Shown piece after piece: positions 1 through 9,191 of a DNA stretch of 64,000 bases. The DNA lies in assembly GCA_963666515.2 (NCBI GenBank), contig OY762897.2:2432001-2496000 (forward strand). The letters run 5' to 3'. The DNA comes from Candidatus Binatia bacterium. GTDB lineage: Bacteria > Desulfobacterota > Binatia > UBA9968 > JAJDTQ01. The notes beneath the pieces were generated by a model. The model did no database searches. It worked only from the letters and a program-made list of their open reading frames with translations, and was not told where the DNA came from. Both the position numbers and the translations under genes were made by a program. Within the stretch, counting starts at the first letter, position 1. Every line of letters starts with the position of its first letter.

Positions 1-2053
1 GGCGGCTCTCGATGGCTGCGGCCACGGCCTCGGGGTCGGCGCCGGGCTTCAGGTGGAGGGCGATGCTGGTGAGGGATCCGGCGCCGAGGGCTTCGGCCAT
101 GAGGTCCAGGTCCATGGTGACGGAGCCACCTTCGGTGTAGTCGCGGTAGATGCCCGACACCGGGAGCCGCACCGGTCCCAGCGGGCCTTCGATCTCCACC
201 GCGCCGCCCACCGCGAGGGCAGCGCTGCGGGACAGCGGCTCGCCCACGAGGACGCCGCGTTCCCGGAGCGCCCGCGCCGCGGCGTCGCCGCCGGAAAGGA
301 GCCCCAGGCGGCGCTGCTCGGCCGGACGGTCCAGGTCCACACCCACCACCGCCACGCGCCGCCCGCCCACGGGCAGGAACAGGCGGCGCAGCGGATCGAC
401 GCCCCGCACCTCGGGCGCGCGCGCCAGCCGCTCCACGAGATCGGCGCCGAGGGTCGCCTGCGGCCCGGCCCTCGCGCCGACGGTGGCGGTGACGTACACG
501 TCGGCGCGCAGCGACCGGTCCACCCAGCGCACCAGGGTTTCGCGGAAGCTCTCCACCAGCAAGGTGATGCCCACCAGCAGGCACACGGCCATGGACAGGG
601 ACGACACCGAGAACGAGGTGTTGGCCAGGGTGGCGCCGAGGCTGCGGACGCCGTAGCGGAAGCCGAAGTCCGGCACCCGCACGCGCCGGGTGAGGCGCTG
701 CACCAGCCAGGGGGCGAGCAGCGGCAGGCACAGCATCATGGCGGTGGAGAGGACGAACCCGGCCGGGCGCCAGCGCCAGCCCACGAGCCAGTACCAGGCC
801 AGCGCCCCGGCCACCAGCGCGAGGCCGGCGCGGAACAGCGCGCGGGCGCGGGCGATCCCCGCGGACTGCGCCGGGTAGGTGTCCAGCAGCGTCCGCGTGT
901 CCCGGCGCCAGACGTCCAGGGCCGGCAGCAGCGTGCCGCTCAGAGCGCCTCCCAGGCCGGCGAACACCGCCAGGGCCAGGGTGCCGCCGGAGACCTCCAG
1001 CGACTGGATTTCCCGGAGCATGTAGATGTTGGTCAGGGTGGAGCTTACCGCGTCCAGGTTCCAGATGGCGGTCCAGTAGCCCGCGACGATGCCGATGGCG
1101 ACGCCCAGCACTCCGAGCAGCGCGGCCTCGCCCAGGATGAGGGCCAGCACCTGGGCCGGGGTGGAGCCCAGGGAACGCAGCACCCCGAACTCCCGGCGCT
1201 GCCACACCAGGCACGCGCGCATGCTGCTGAACACCAGGAACGTGCCCACCAGCAGGCTCACCATGCTGAGGGCGGTGAGGTTGAGGCGGAAGGCGCCCAG
1301 GAGCTGCCGCGCCTGCCCGGTGCGCTCCGACGGCGTGACCGCGTCCACCCGGCCGCCAAGGCGATCCTCGATACGCAACGCCAGGGCCGCGAGATCGGCG
1401 CCCTCGGCGGCCTCCACGCCGATGCGATGGAGGGCGCCGGCGCCGCCGAACAGGGCTTGGGCCTCGGCAATGTCCATCACCAGGGCGCGGCGGCCTCCCC
1501 CCGCTCCCCAACGCTGGAAGTCCACCAGCGCGCCGACGTGGAGCGCCCGGACGTTGGCGCCGTCACGCACCTCGATGCGGTCGCCGACGGACCATCCCAT
1601 GGCCGCGGCCAGCTCCGGGGTGACCGCCGCCCAGCCCCGGCTGCGCGCGGCGACACCGGCCTCGGTTTCCGGAGGGAGCCCGGACAGCGCGTCCCAGAAG
1701 TCCGGGGAAGGCGCCAGCAGGTCGATGCCCAGGAGCCGCGCGAACGTGCCGGGCCGGCGCTCCAACGACACGGTGGTCTCGAAGACCGGCCAGGCCGCGG
1801 CCACCCCCGGCGTGCCCCGGACCAACGGATAGAACGCGTCCGGCAGGGTGCCGCCCTTGCCGGTGACGGCGACGTCCGCGGCGCCGCCGATGGTGCGAAC
1901 GCCGGCGGCGAACGAGGCCACCGCGCTCTGGTTCAGGATGCGGATGCTGATGACGGAAGCCACCCCCAAGGCCACACCCAGAACGGTCAGGGCGTAGAGC
2001 ACCGGGTTGGTGCGCCAGTGGGCCGATACGGTCTTGCAGAAATAGCGTATCAA
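1..2053 (-). CDS. ABC transporter permease, FtsX/MacB-like (partial, runs off left edge)
   Basis: Not in ORF track. Manual minus-strand translation from TTG at 2053 gives LIRYFCKTVSAHWRTNPVLYALTVLGVALGVASVISIRILNQSAVASF, with a later RRRE(F)GVLRSLG-type motif. It follows an ABC ATPase; the 53..2092 + ORF is its shadow. Confidence 0.85.
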   Translation of the reverse strand, partial: MIRYFCKTVSAHWRTNPVLYALTVLGVALGVASVISIRILNQSAVASFAAGVRTIGGAADVAVTGKGGTLPDAFYPLVRGTPGVAAAWPVFETTVSLERRPGTFARLLGIDLLAPSPDFWDALSGLPPETEAGVAARSRGWAAVTPELAAAMGWSVGDRIEVRDGANVRALHVGALVDFQRWGAGGGRRALVMDIAEAQALFGGAGALHRIGVEAAEGADLAALALRIEDRLGGRVDAVTPSERTGQARQLLGAFRLNLTALSMVSLLVGTFLVFSSMRACLVWQRREFGVLRSLGSTPAQVLALILGEAALLGVLGVAIGIVAGYWTAIWNLDAVSSTLTNIYMLREIQSLEVSGGTLALAVFAGLGGALSGTLLPALDVWRRDTRTLLDTYPAQSAGIARARALFRAGLALVAGALAWYWLVGWRWRPAGFVLSTAMMLCLPLLAPWLVQRLTRRVRVPDFGFRYGVRSLGATLANTSFSVSSLSMAVCLLVGITLLVESFRETLVRWVDRSLRADVYVTATVGARAGPQATLGADLVERLARAPEVRGVDPLRRLFLPVGGRRVAVVGVDLDRPAEQRRLGLLSGGDAAARALRERGVLVGEPLSRSAALAVGGAVEIEGPLGPVRLPVSGIYRDYTEGGSVTMDLDLMAEALGAGSLTSIALHLKPGADPEAVAAAIESR

Positions 2054-2058
2054 ACAGC

Positions 2059-2129
2059 GTCCTTCGACTTCGCTTCGCTACGCCTGTCCTGAGCCCTGAG
2101 CCTTGTCGGGAAGGGCTCTGGACGAACGG
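2059..2129. repeat. REP-like element family C (CCTTCGACTTCGC..CGCTCAGGACGAACGG) with a nested inverted partial copy
   Basis: Matches 7190-7226 except for the insert CTGTCCTGAGCCCTGAGCCTTGTCGGGAAGGGC, which resembles the reverse complement of the same family. Confidence 0.7.
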
Positions 2130-2150
2130 TTTCGATGGCCTTTTTCCGTT

Positions 2151-2831
2151 TCACGGTTCCAGGATGCCGCTGTGGAGCCGCAGGGTGCGGTCCGCCATGG
2201 CCGCCAGCTCGCGGCTGTGGGTGGCGTAGACCAGGGTGGCGCCCTCCTCCGCCACCATCTCCAGCATGAGGTCCATCACCCCCTGCCCGCTGGCGTCGTC
2301 CAGGCTGCCGGTGGGCTCGTCCGCCAGCAGCAGGCGGGGCCGGCGCAGCAGCGCCCGGCAGATGGCTACCCGCTGCATCTCGCCGCCGCTCAACCCGGCC
2401 ACCGGATCATCGGCCCGGTCGGGCAGGTCCACCCGATCCAGGAGCGCCGCCACCCGCTCCCGGTAGTCCCGCTCCCGCACTCCTGCGATGAGGTCCGGCA
2501 AGGCCACGTTGTCCCGCACGCTCAGGTGGGGAAGCAGGTGGAAAAGCTGGAAGACGAAGCCGATGTCGCGCCGGCGGAGCCGGGTGCGGTCGGTCTCGCC
2601 GAGCCCTTCGAGGGGCGTGCCGTGCACCGCCACCGAACCGTGCGTAGGCACGTCGATGCCGGCCGCCAGGTGCAGCAGCGTGGACTTGCCGCTGCCGCTG
2701 CGGCCGACGATGGCCACGGTCTTGCCCGAGGCGATCTCGAAGGAGACGTCGCGCAGGGCGTAACGCTCCGCGGAGCCCGCCCCGTCGTACACTTTCGAGA
2801 CGCCGGCGAAGGCGAGCGCAGGCTGGTCCAT
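2151..2831 (-). CDS. ABC transporter ATP-binding protein (LolD/MacB-like)
   Basis: Walker A GRSGSGKST, signature LSGGEMQRVAI, Walker B LLLADEPTG, H-loop ATHS. ATG at 2831 overlaps the upstream stop (TGATG). Confidence 0.95.
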   Translation of the reverse strand: MDQPALAFAGVSKVYDGAGSAERYALRDVSFEIASGKTVAIVGRSGSGKSTLLHLAAGIDVPTHGSVAVHGTPLEGLGETDRTRLRRRDIGFVFQLFHLLPHLSVRDNVALPDLIAGVRERDYRERVAALLDRVDLPDRADDPVAGLSGGEMQRVAICRALLRRPRLLLADEPTGSLDDASGQGVMDLMLEMVAEEGATLVYATHSRELAAMADRTLRLHSGILEP

Positions 2832-3727
2832 CACCGCGCGCCGAGGACGTGGCGCAAACCCTCTTCCAGGGACCCGTGGCGGAACGCGTACCCGGACTCC
2901 ATCAGGCGGGCGGGCTTGACCCGGGTGCTGGCCAGCAGCAAGGCGTCGGCCATCTCGCCGAAGGCCAGCCGGGCGGCGAACCCGGGCATGGGGAACAGGG
3001 TGGGCCGCCGCAGCACGCGCCCGAGGGTCCTGGTGAACTCGCCGTTGGTCACCGGCGCCGGCGCCACAACGTTCACGGGTCCGGCCGCCGATTCGGCGGC
3101 CAGCAGGTGGCCGATGGCCGCTGCGGTGTCGTCCAGGGTGATCCAGCTCATGTATTGCCGGCCGTCGCCGATGTTGCCGCCGGCGCCGAGCCTGAAGGGC
3201 GTCAGCATCTTCGCCAGCGCGCCGCCGTCCTGGCTGAGCACGATACCCAGCCGGGCGTGGACCACGCGGATGCCCTTCCCTTCCACCGCCTCGGTGGCCG
3301 CCTCCCACTCGCGGCACACCTCGGAGAGGAAGCCGGAGCCCGCCGGACTCTCCTCGGTCAGCTCCTCGTCGCCGCGGTCGCCGTAGAGACCGATGGCCGA
3401 GGCCGACACCAGCACCCGCGGCGGCCGCACCAGGCGGGCGAGGGTCTCGGCCAGCAGGCGCGTGCCGTTTATGCGGCTCTCCTTGATGCGCCGTTTCCTG
3501 GCCTCGGTCCAGCGTCCGGCCGCGATGTTCTCGCCGGCCAGGTGGACCACGCCGTCGAAACCCTCCAACTCGCCCGCCTCCAGCACGACAGCATCCGGGT
3601 CCCAGCGGACGTCGCCGTCCGCTGGCGCGGACCGTCCCAGCCGCGCCACCTCATGCCCTCCGGCCTCCAGACACGGGACCAGGGCGCTGCCCACCAGTCC
3701 CGACGCTCCGGTCACGAGTATCTTCAT
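2831..3727 (-). CDS. TIGR01777 family NAD-dependent epimerase/oxidoreductase (YfcH-like)
   Basis: MKILVTGASGLVG, VHLAGENIAAGRWT, SASAIGLYGDRG, GRQYMSWI. Confidence 0.93.
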   Translation of the reverse strand: MKILVTGASGLVGSALVPCLEAGGHEVARLGRSAPADGDVRWDPDAVVLEAGELEGFDGVVHLAGENIAAGRWTEARKRRIKESRINGTRLLAETLARLVRPPRVLVSASAIGLYGDRGDEELTEESPAGSGFLSEVCREWEAATEAVEGKGIRVVHARLGIVLSQDGGALAKMLTPFRLGAGGNIGDGRQYMSWITLDDTAAAIGHLLAAESAAGPVNVVAPAPVTNGEFTRTLGRVLRRPTLFPMPGFAARLAFGEMADALLLASTRVKPARLMESGYAFRHGSLEEGLRHVLGAR

Positions 3728-3787
3728 CTGCGGGCCTCCCTTCGCCGCCGGCCATGCCATCGGCGGTGCCTTGGATCACGAGTTCTC

Positions 3788-3816
3788 TTGTCAATCTCCA
3801 TATTGTACACTATACA
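3788..3816 (+). promoter_or_regulatory. putative sigma70 promoter for the 3856-5083 pair
   Basis: TTGTCA-N17-TATACA in an AT-rich divergent intergenic region. Confidence 0.45.
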
Positions 3817-3855
3817 GCAGCCGCCAGCGCTTCGCCGAACTGGGTGGGCAATTCA

Positions 3856-4653
3856 ATGAGCATGAACGCGGACACGATGGCGATGAAACAGGAGAAGCCC
3901 AGGAAGAGGACAGGTATCCAGCCTCTCGAGGGAACCAGCTACGGAGACGGTATCGTCCTCGGAAAGACTGAACGGTACAGGCCCGTGAAGGAGTGGAAAC
4001 CCTCCGCCCGGCTCTTCGAAGGCAACAGGAAACAGGACGATATGGTGAAGTTCTTCACCAAGCTGTTGAAAGCGGGTGAGGTCACTGTTTCCACCCTGAA
4101 GCGAATGCTCAAGGAGCACGGAGGCGAGAACGTCAGCCTCATTCAGCGTCGGCTGAACTGGTTCTCCTGGGGTCGCTACGACAAGCACAACTGGCACCTG
4201 ACCGTGAAGCAGGTGAACGGCAAGCCTTCTCAAGCGGACAAGGTTCGCTTCCACCAGATCGAGGACACGCACGAGGCGATCATTGCCGTCCTCAGACGGT
4301 CAGGACGAGGTGATGTTGCCGATCGCCTGGTCTACCTCCGCTGCTTGGCCAGGGAGGATCCCGACGAGGCTCCCATGGATCTCGATTCATTACGGGCGAT
4401 GGCCCATCTCCTGATGAGCGAACGACAACTGCCAAATCCGCGGACCAGCGTCACGTCAGATGGATTCGTCCATATTGAGTGGCGTTTCCCGACCAACGGT
4501 ATCCTTGCCATGGTGTTCCTGCCCTCCGACCTGATTCAGTTTGCAGCCGTCTCTGTCCCGGCCAACCAGGGGACCGAGCAACTGACCGTGAATGGTAAGC
4601 TGCCCAGGGACAGAGCTCTTGCAGCCGTCCGGCAATTCACCTCCTCTCTGTAG
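3856..4653 (+). CDS. hypothetical protein, possible two-domain antitoxin (wHTH-like N-terminus, uncharacterised C-terminal domain)
   Basis: Open frame of about 265 aa with atypical codon usage, ending 4 nt before the next gene. Start codon uncertain (3856/3862/3877/3883). Confidence 0.7.
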   Translation: MSMNADTMAMKQEKPRKRTGIQPLEGTSYGDGIVLGKTERYRPVKEWKPSARLFEGNRKQDDMVKFFTKLLKAGEVTVSTLKRMLKEHGGENVSLIQRRLNWFSWGRYDKHNWHLTVKQVNGKPSQADKVRFHQIEDTHEAIIAVLRRSGRGDVADRLVYLRCLAREDPDEAPMDLDSLRAMAHLLMSERQLPNPRTSVTSDGFVHIEWRFPTNGILAMVFLPSDLIQFAAVSVPANQGTEQLTVNGKLPRDRALAAVRQFTSSL

Positions 4654-4657
4654 CCCG

Positions 4658-5083
4658 ATGCGAAACGAGCCGCTTCCCGATGAGCACCATGTCGCACGGT
4701 ATTGCAAACCATCAAGCGTTGAGGACGGAGTGCCGTCGGCAGAGGCCTTCATGTTGAAACAGGATGAGGAGTACCTCTCGGTCAACTGGCTCGAATACTT
4801 CAACGCGCCGGACCTGACCGCCGCTGTGGAGCGCATTCGAGAGACTTTCCGCAACAAACGTTACCAAGTGCGACGGAATGCCCGGTTTACGGTACTCAAC
4901 GTCGAGGCCGCCAAGCACGCCATCCACGGGGCCACGAAAACCATGCCCGCGATCAAACATTTGCCCTCTCGGAATGACCCGTCCCACGCTGGTATCTTCG
5001 CAGGCACGGCAGAAAACCTTGCCCTCGCCGTACAACTTGCCGCGCTCGTGACTCCCGAGAATGTGCACGCTGCAATACCTTGA
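4658..5083 (+). CDS. hypothetical protein, possible ADP-ribosyltransferase-fold (Tse2/RES-like) toxin
   Basis: 141 aa; HHVARYC ... AFMLK.DEEYLSVNWLEYF ... DPSHAGI gives an R/S/H pattern. Function is inferred. Confidence 0.6.
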   Translation: MRNEPLPDEHHVARYCKPSSVEDGVPSAEAFMLKQDEEYLSVNWLEYFNAPDLTAAVERIRETFRNKRYQVRRNARFTVLNVEAAKHAIHGATKTMPAIKHLPSRNDPSHAGIFAGTAENLALAVQLAALVTPENVHAAIP

Positions 5084-5159
5084 CGAAACCGGCACGAGTT
5101 CACCGTAAGTCTTCGGAAACACCGCAGTGATGCAATGAACTCGAATACACCCCAAGACC

Positions 5160-6407
5160 ATGCTGGACAGTCTGCTTAAGAAGGTGGAAGCGCGCACCGG
5201 CTACTTCGGCGCCTACGGAGGGGCGTTCACGCCGGAGATCCTGCGCACGACACTGGACGAACTGATCGCCGCCTTCGACGACGCGCGCAGGGACCCGTCC
5301 TTCTGGGAAGAGTTCCGGACGGTGATGCAGACCTACTCGTGCCGCCCGACTCCCGTCACGCACCTCAAGAACCTGAGCGAAATTCTTGGAGGCCCCGCCA
5401 TCTACATGAAGCGGGAAGACCTCAACCAGACCGGCTCGCACAAGATCAACAACGTCATGGGCCAGGGGCTGCTGGTGGCGCGCATGGGCAAGAAGCGGGT
5501 CATCGCCGAGACCGGCGCCGGGCAGCACGGCGTCGCCACCGCCACCATGGCAGCGCGGCTGGGGCTCAAGTGCACCATCTACATGGGCGCGGTGGACGTG
5601 GAGCGGCAACGGCCCAACGTCTTCTGGATGGAACGGCTCGGGGCCGAGGTGGTGTCGGTCGAGGACGGTTCGGCCACGCTGAAGGACGCCATCAACCAGT
5701 GCCTGCGGGACTGGGCATTCTCCATGGACGACACCCACTACGTGCTGGGAACCGCCTGCGGGCCGCACCCGTTCCCGCAGATGGTAGCGTGGTTCCAGCA
5801 GATCATCGGGCAGGAATGCCGCGAGCAGATGACGGCGGCCACCGGCCGGTTGCCGGACCGGGTGTACTGTTGCGTGGGCGGCGGCTCCAACGCCACCGGC
5901 ACGTTCCTGGGTTTCCTCGACGACGAGGAGGTGGAGCTGGTGGGGATGGAGGCCGGCGGCGAAGGGATCGAGACCGGCCGCCACGCCGCGCGGCTGGCGG
6001 GCTCGGACGGCAGTCCGGGCGTGGCCCAGGGGTACAAGACCTACTTCCTCCAGGACGAGGAAGGCCAGATGCGCCACACACACTCGGTGGCCGCCGGTCT
6101 GGACTACATCGGGGTGAGCCCGATCCTGGCCTGTCTGAAGGAGAGCGGACGGGTGCGGTTCGAGACCGCCACCGACGGCGAAGTGCTGGAAGCGTTCCAG
6201 ACCCTGCTGCGCCGGGAAGGCATCATCGCGGCGCTGGAAAGCGCCCACGCCGTGGCCGGCGCCATCCGCGAAGCCCCGCGCATGGGCCGGAACCGTAACG
6301 TGCTGATCACCCTTTCCGGCCGCGGCGACAAGGACATCTTCACCATCGCCGAGGCGTTGAACGACCCCGGCTGGCAGCGGTTCCTCGAACGGAAAGCCGC
6401 CCGTTGA
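5160..6407 (+). CDS. trpB: tryptophan synthase beta chain
   Basis: KREDLNQTGSHKINN (PLP lysine), AETGAGQHG, CVGGGSNA, SVAAGLDY, LSGRGDKD. Confidence 0.97.
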   Translation: MLDSLLKKVEARTGYFGAYGGAFTPEILRTTLDELIAAFDDARRDPSFWEEFRTVMQTYSCRPTPVTHLKNLSEILGGPAIYMKREDLNQTGSHKINNVMGQGLLVARMGKKRVIAETGAGQHGVATATMAARLGLKCTIYMGAVDVERQRPNVFWMERLGAEVVSVEDGSATLKDAINQCLRDWAFSMDDTHYVLGTACGPHPFPQMVAWFQQIIGQECREQMTAATGRLPDRVYCCVGGGSNATGTFLGFLDDEEVELVGMEAGGEGIETGRHAARLAGSDGSPGVAQGYKTYFLQDEEGQMRHTHSVAAGLDYIGVSPILACLKESGRVRFETATDGEVLEAFQTLLRREGIIAALESAHAVAGAIREAPRMGRNRNVLITLSGRGDKDIFTIAEALNDPGWQRFLERKAAR

Positions 6408-7180
6408 ACCTCCGGACCTACATTCAGGGCCGCCTCGGCGTGCGGAAGATCCTGCTGATGACCCACGTCATCGTGGGCTATCCGTCGCTGGACGCGAACT
6501 GGCGGATGCTGGAACGGATGGAGCGCGCGGACGTGGACCTGGTGGAGCTGCAGATGCCCTTCAGCGAGCCCATCGCCGACGGGCCGGTGTTCGCCCGGGC
6601 CAACCAGGAGGCGCTCAAGCAGGGTCTTTCCATCGAGCAGTACTTCGACTTCATGGCGCGCGCCACCGAGCGGTTCGGGTTCCCCCACCTGATGATGGGA
6701 TACTACAACACCGTGTTCCGGCTCACCCACCGCACCTTCTGCGAGCGGCTGAGCGCGGCCGGAGGTGCAGGATTCATCGTCCCCGACCTTCCCATCGAGG
6801 AATACCACGACCTCTTTCCGTTGAGCGAGGCGCACGGGTTGACGCCGGTGGCCCTGTTCACGCCCACGAACACCGATGCCCGGCTGGCCGAGATTGGGCG
6901 CCACGGCCGCGGCTTCGTCTACGGCGTGGCGCGACGCGGGGTCACCGGCAAGCGCACCGACCTCAAGGCCGGCATCGACGCGATGGTCGCCCGCTACCGC
7001 GCGGCCACGGACGTGCCCCTGGCCCTGGGCTTCGGCATCGCCGGCGGCGGCGACGTGCGGCAACTCCACGGGAGCTGCGAGATCGCCATCGTGGGGTCGG
7101 CGCTGCTGGAACGTTGGGAGAGCGGCGGCGAGGCCGGGTACACGGAATTTCTCCAGGAGTTGCAGGAGGCGCGTAGCTGA
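6404..7180 (+). CDS. trpA: tryptophan synthase alpha chain
   Basis: ELQMPFSEPIADGP, MGYYN, PDLPIEE, GVTG, GFGI, IVGSA; overlaps the trpB stop. Confidence 0.95.
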   Translation: MNLRTYIQGRLGVRKILLMTHVIVGYPSLDANWRMLERMERADVDLVELQMPFSEPIADGPVFARANQEALKQGLSIEQYFDFMARATERFGFPHLMMGYYNTVFRLTHRTFCERLSAAGGAGFIVPDLPIEEYHDLFPLSEAHGLTPVALFTPTNTDARLAEIGRHGRGFVYGVARRGVTGKRTDLKAGIDAMVARYRAATDVPLALGFGIAGGGDVRQLHGSCEIAIVGSALLERWESGGEAGYTEFLQELQEARS

Positions 7181-7189
7181 GACGCAGGG

Positions 7190-7226
7190 TCCTTCGACTT
7201 CGCTACGCTACGCTCAGGACGAACGG
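7190..7226. repeat. REP-like element family C
   Basis: TCCTTCGACTTCGCTACGCTACGCTCAGGACGAACGG, intergenic; second copy at 2059-2129. Confidence 0.7.
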
Positions 7227-7275
7227 AAAATGGCTGGAGCTTCCCAGGAAATCCCACACCGAGGGGATTACGAGC

Positions 7276-8226
7276 ATGAAAGCGGTCTACATCCCTGAAA
7301 CGGGCGGCCCGGAGGTCCTGACCTACGGCGATTTCCCGGAGCCCGAAATCGGCGGCGGCGATCTGCTGGTCCGGGTCAAGGCCGCGGCGCTCAACCGCCG
7401 GGACCTGTTCGCCCGCGAGGGCAGCCACGGCGTCAAGCCGCCCCTGCCGCACGTTCCTGGCCTGGAGGTGGCGGGCGAGGTGGTGGAGGCCGGAGCCGAG
7501 ACCACCGGTTTCAAGGCCGGCGACCGGGTGCTGGGACGCTGCCGGGGCGGCGGTTACGCGGAGCTGGTGCGGATGGAAGCCGCCGACGCCTACCTCTTCC
7601 CGGAATGGATGTCGTTCGAGGAGGCCGCGTGCATCGCCGTGCCCTTCGGCACCGCCTGGCGCATGCTGGTGGTCCGGGCGAAAGTCAAGGCCGGCGAGGA
7701 CGTCCTGGTCATGGCCGCGGGCAGCGGCATCGGCAGCGGCGCGATCCAGCTTTGCAAGCTGCTGGGCGCACGGGTGATCACCACCGCAAGCTCGCAGTGG
7801 AAGCTCGACAAGGCCGCGGAGCTGGGCGCCGACGACGGCATCAACTACAAGGAGTTCCCGGAGTTCAGCCGGAAGGTTCGCGAACTGACGGGCGGCGAGG
7901 GCGTGCACGTGATCTTCGAGCACGTGGGCGCTCCGGTGTGGCGGGAATGCTTCGCCAGCCTCCGGCGGGGCGGCCGTTTCATCAACTCCGGGGTGACCGC
8001 GGGCCACCGGGTGGAGCTTCACCTGGGCCAGCTCTGGACCCGCGAACTGACCCTCATGGGCACCACCATGCGCCCGCGCGAGGACATGCCCGAGATCATG
8101 AAGCTGGTGGGCGGACGCAAGCTGCGCGGCGTCCTGTCCGAGGCGCTGCCGCTACGCGAGGCCGCGCGCGCCCACGAACTGATGGAGCGGAGCGAGTTCT
8201 TCGGCAAGATCGTGCTGGTGCCGTAG
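7276..8226 (+). CDS. NADPH:quinone oxidoreductase / MDR (zinc-binding dehydrogenase family)
   Basis: GGPEVL, PGLEVAGEV, GGGYAE, AAGSGIG, FGKIVL. Confidence 0.9.
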   Translation: MKAVYIPETGGPEVLTYGDFPEPEIGGGDLLVRVKAAALNRRDLFAREGSHGVKPPLPHVPGLEVAGEVVEAGAETTGFKAGDRVLGRCRGGGYAELVRMEAADAYLFPEWMSFEEAACIAVPFGTAWRMLVVRAKVKAGEDVLVMAAGSGIGSGAIQLCKLLGARVITTASSQWKLDKAAELGADDGINYKEFPEFSRKVRELTGGEGVHVIFEHVGAPVWRECFASLRRGGRFINSGVTAGHRVELHLGQLWTRELTLMGTTMRPREDMPEIMKLVGGRKLRGVLSEALPLREAARAHELMERSEFFGKIVLVP

Positions 8227-8243
8227 AGCAGGTGCGAACGATC

Positions 8244-9191
8244 ATGCGGTTCGGGATCATCGGGACCGGCGGGGTCGGGGGTTACTTCGGCGGTTTGCTG
8301 GCGCGGGCGGGGTTGCCGGTTTGTTTCATCGCCAGGGGCCGCCACCTGCAATCGCTGAGGGAGCACGGCCTCGCCGTGGACTCGGTGGAGCCGGGCAGTT
8401 TCAGCGTCCGGGACGCGCTGTTCACCGACGACGCGGCCGAGGCCGGGCCGTGCGACGTGATCCTCTACTGCGTCAAGACACCGGCCAACGACGAAGCGAT
8501 CCCCTTCATGCGGCCGATGATCGGCCCCGACACCGTGGTCATTTCGCTCCAGAACGGCGTCGACAACGGCGAGCTGCTGGCGCGCGAGTTCGGCGAGAAC
8601 CGGGTCATGGAGGGAGCCGCCTACGTCTTCAGCACCATCGCGGCGCCGGGGACGATCCACCAGACCGCCGGGCCGCGGCGGATCGTGTTCGGCCGCCTGG
8701 GCGGGGGAAGCAGCCCCAGGGGCGATGAGCTCGTGGCCGTCATGCGTGAGGCCCAGGTCGACGCGCGACTCTCCCAGGATATCCGCATCGAGCTGTGGAA
8801 CAAGTTCATCCTGATCTGCGCGGTAAGCGGCATGACCGCGCTGACGCGGCGGCCCCTCGGCGAGATCCTCGGCTACGACGGCACCGCGCGGATGGCCCGG
8901 GAGGTGATGCGGGAGGTCTTCCAACTGGCCCTGGCCATGGGCGTTCCGCTGGAGCCCGATTCCGACGCCGCCAACTACCGCTTCATGGCCCAGCAGGACC
9001 CCTCGGGCAAGGGGAGCATGTGCCACGACGTGGAGGCCGGACGGCGCCTGGAGATCGACTCGCTGTGCGGCTACGTATCGCGCATGGGCCGGGTCCACGG
9101 CGTGGCCACGCCGCTCAACGACTATCTCTACGACACTCTCAAGCTGGAGGACCTGCAGGCCGCGCACCGGCTCAGGGAAACACCATCGTGA
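8244..9191 (+). CDS. panE: 2-dehydropantoate 2-reductase (ketopantoate reductase)
   Basis: MRFGIIGTGGVGGYFG, CVK, SLQNG, LWNKF, SMCHD..GRRLEID. Confidence 0.9.
   Translation: MRFGIIGTGGVGGYFGGLLARAGLPVCFIARGRHLQSLREHGLAVDSVEPGSFSVRDALFTDDAAEAGPCDVILYCVKTPANDEAIPFMRPMIGPDTVVISLQNGVDNGELLAREFGENRVMEGAAYVFSTIAAPGTIHQTAGPRRIVFGRLGGGSSPRGDELVAVMREAQVDARLSQDIRIELWNKFILICAVSGMTALTRRPLGEILGYDGTARMAREVMREVFQLALAMGVPLEPDSDAANYRFMAQQDPSGKGSMCHDVEAGRRLEIDSLCGYVSRMGRVHGVATPLNDYLYDTLKLEDLQAAHRLRETPS

Noticed and set aside
53-2092. 679-aa plus-strand ORF
   Set aside because: Antisense shadow of the minus-strand ABC permease; H/G/R-rich composition typical of GC-rich off-frames.
5084-5159. Possible trp attenuator or leader upstream of trpB
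   Set aside because: No short ORF with Trp codons and no terminator/antiterminator hairpins visible.
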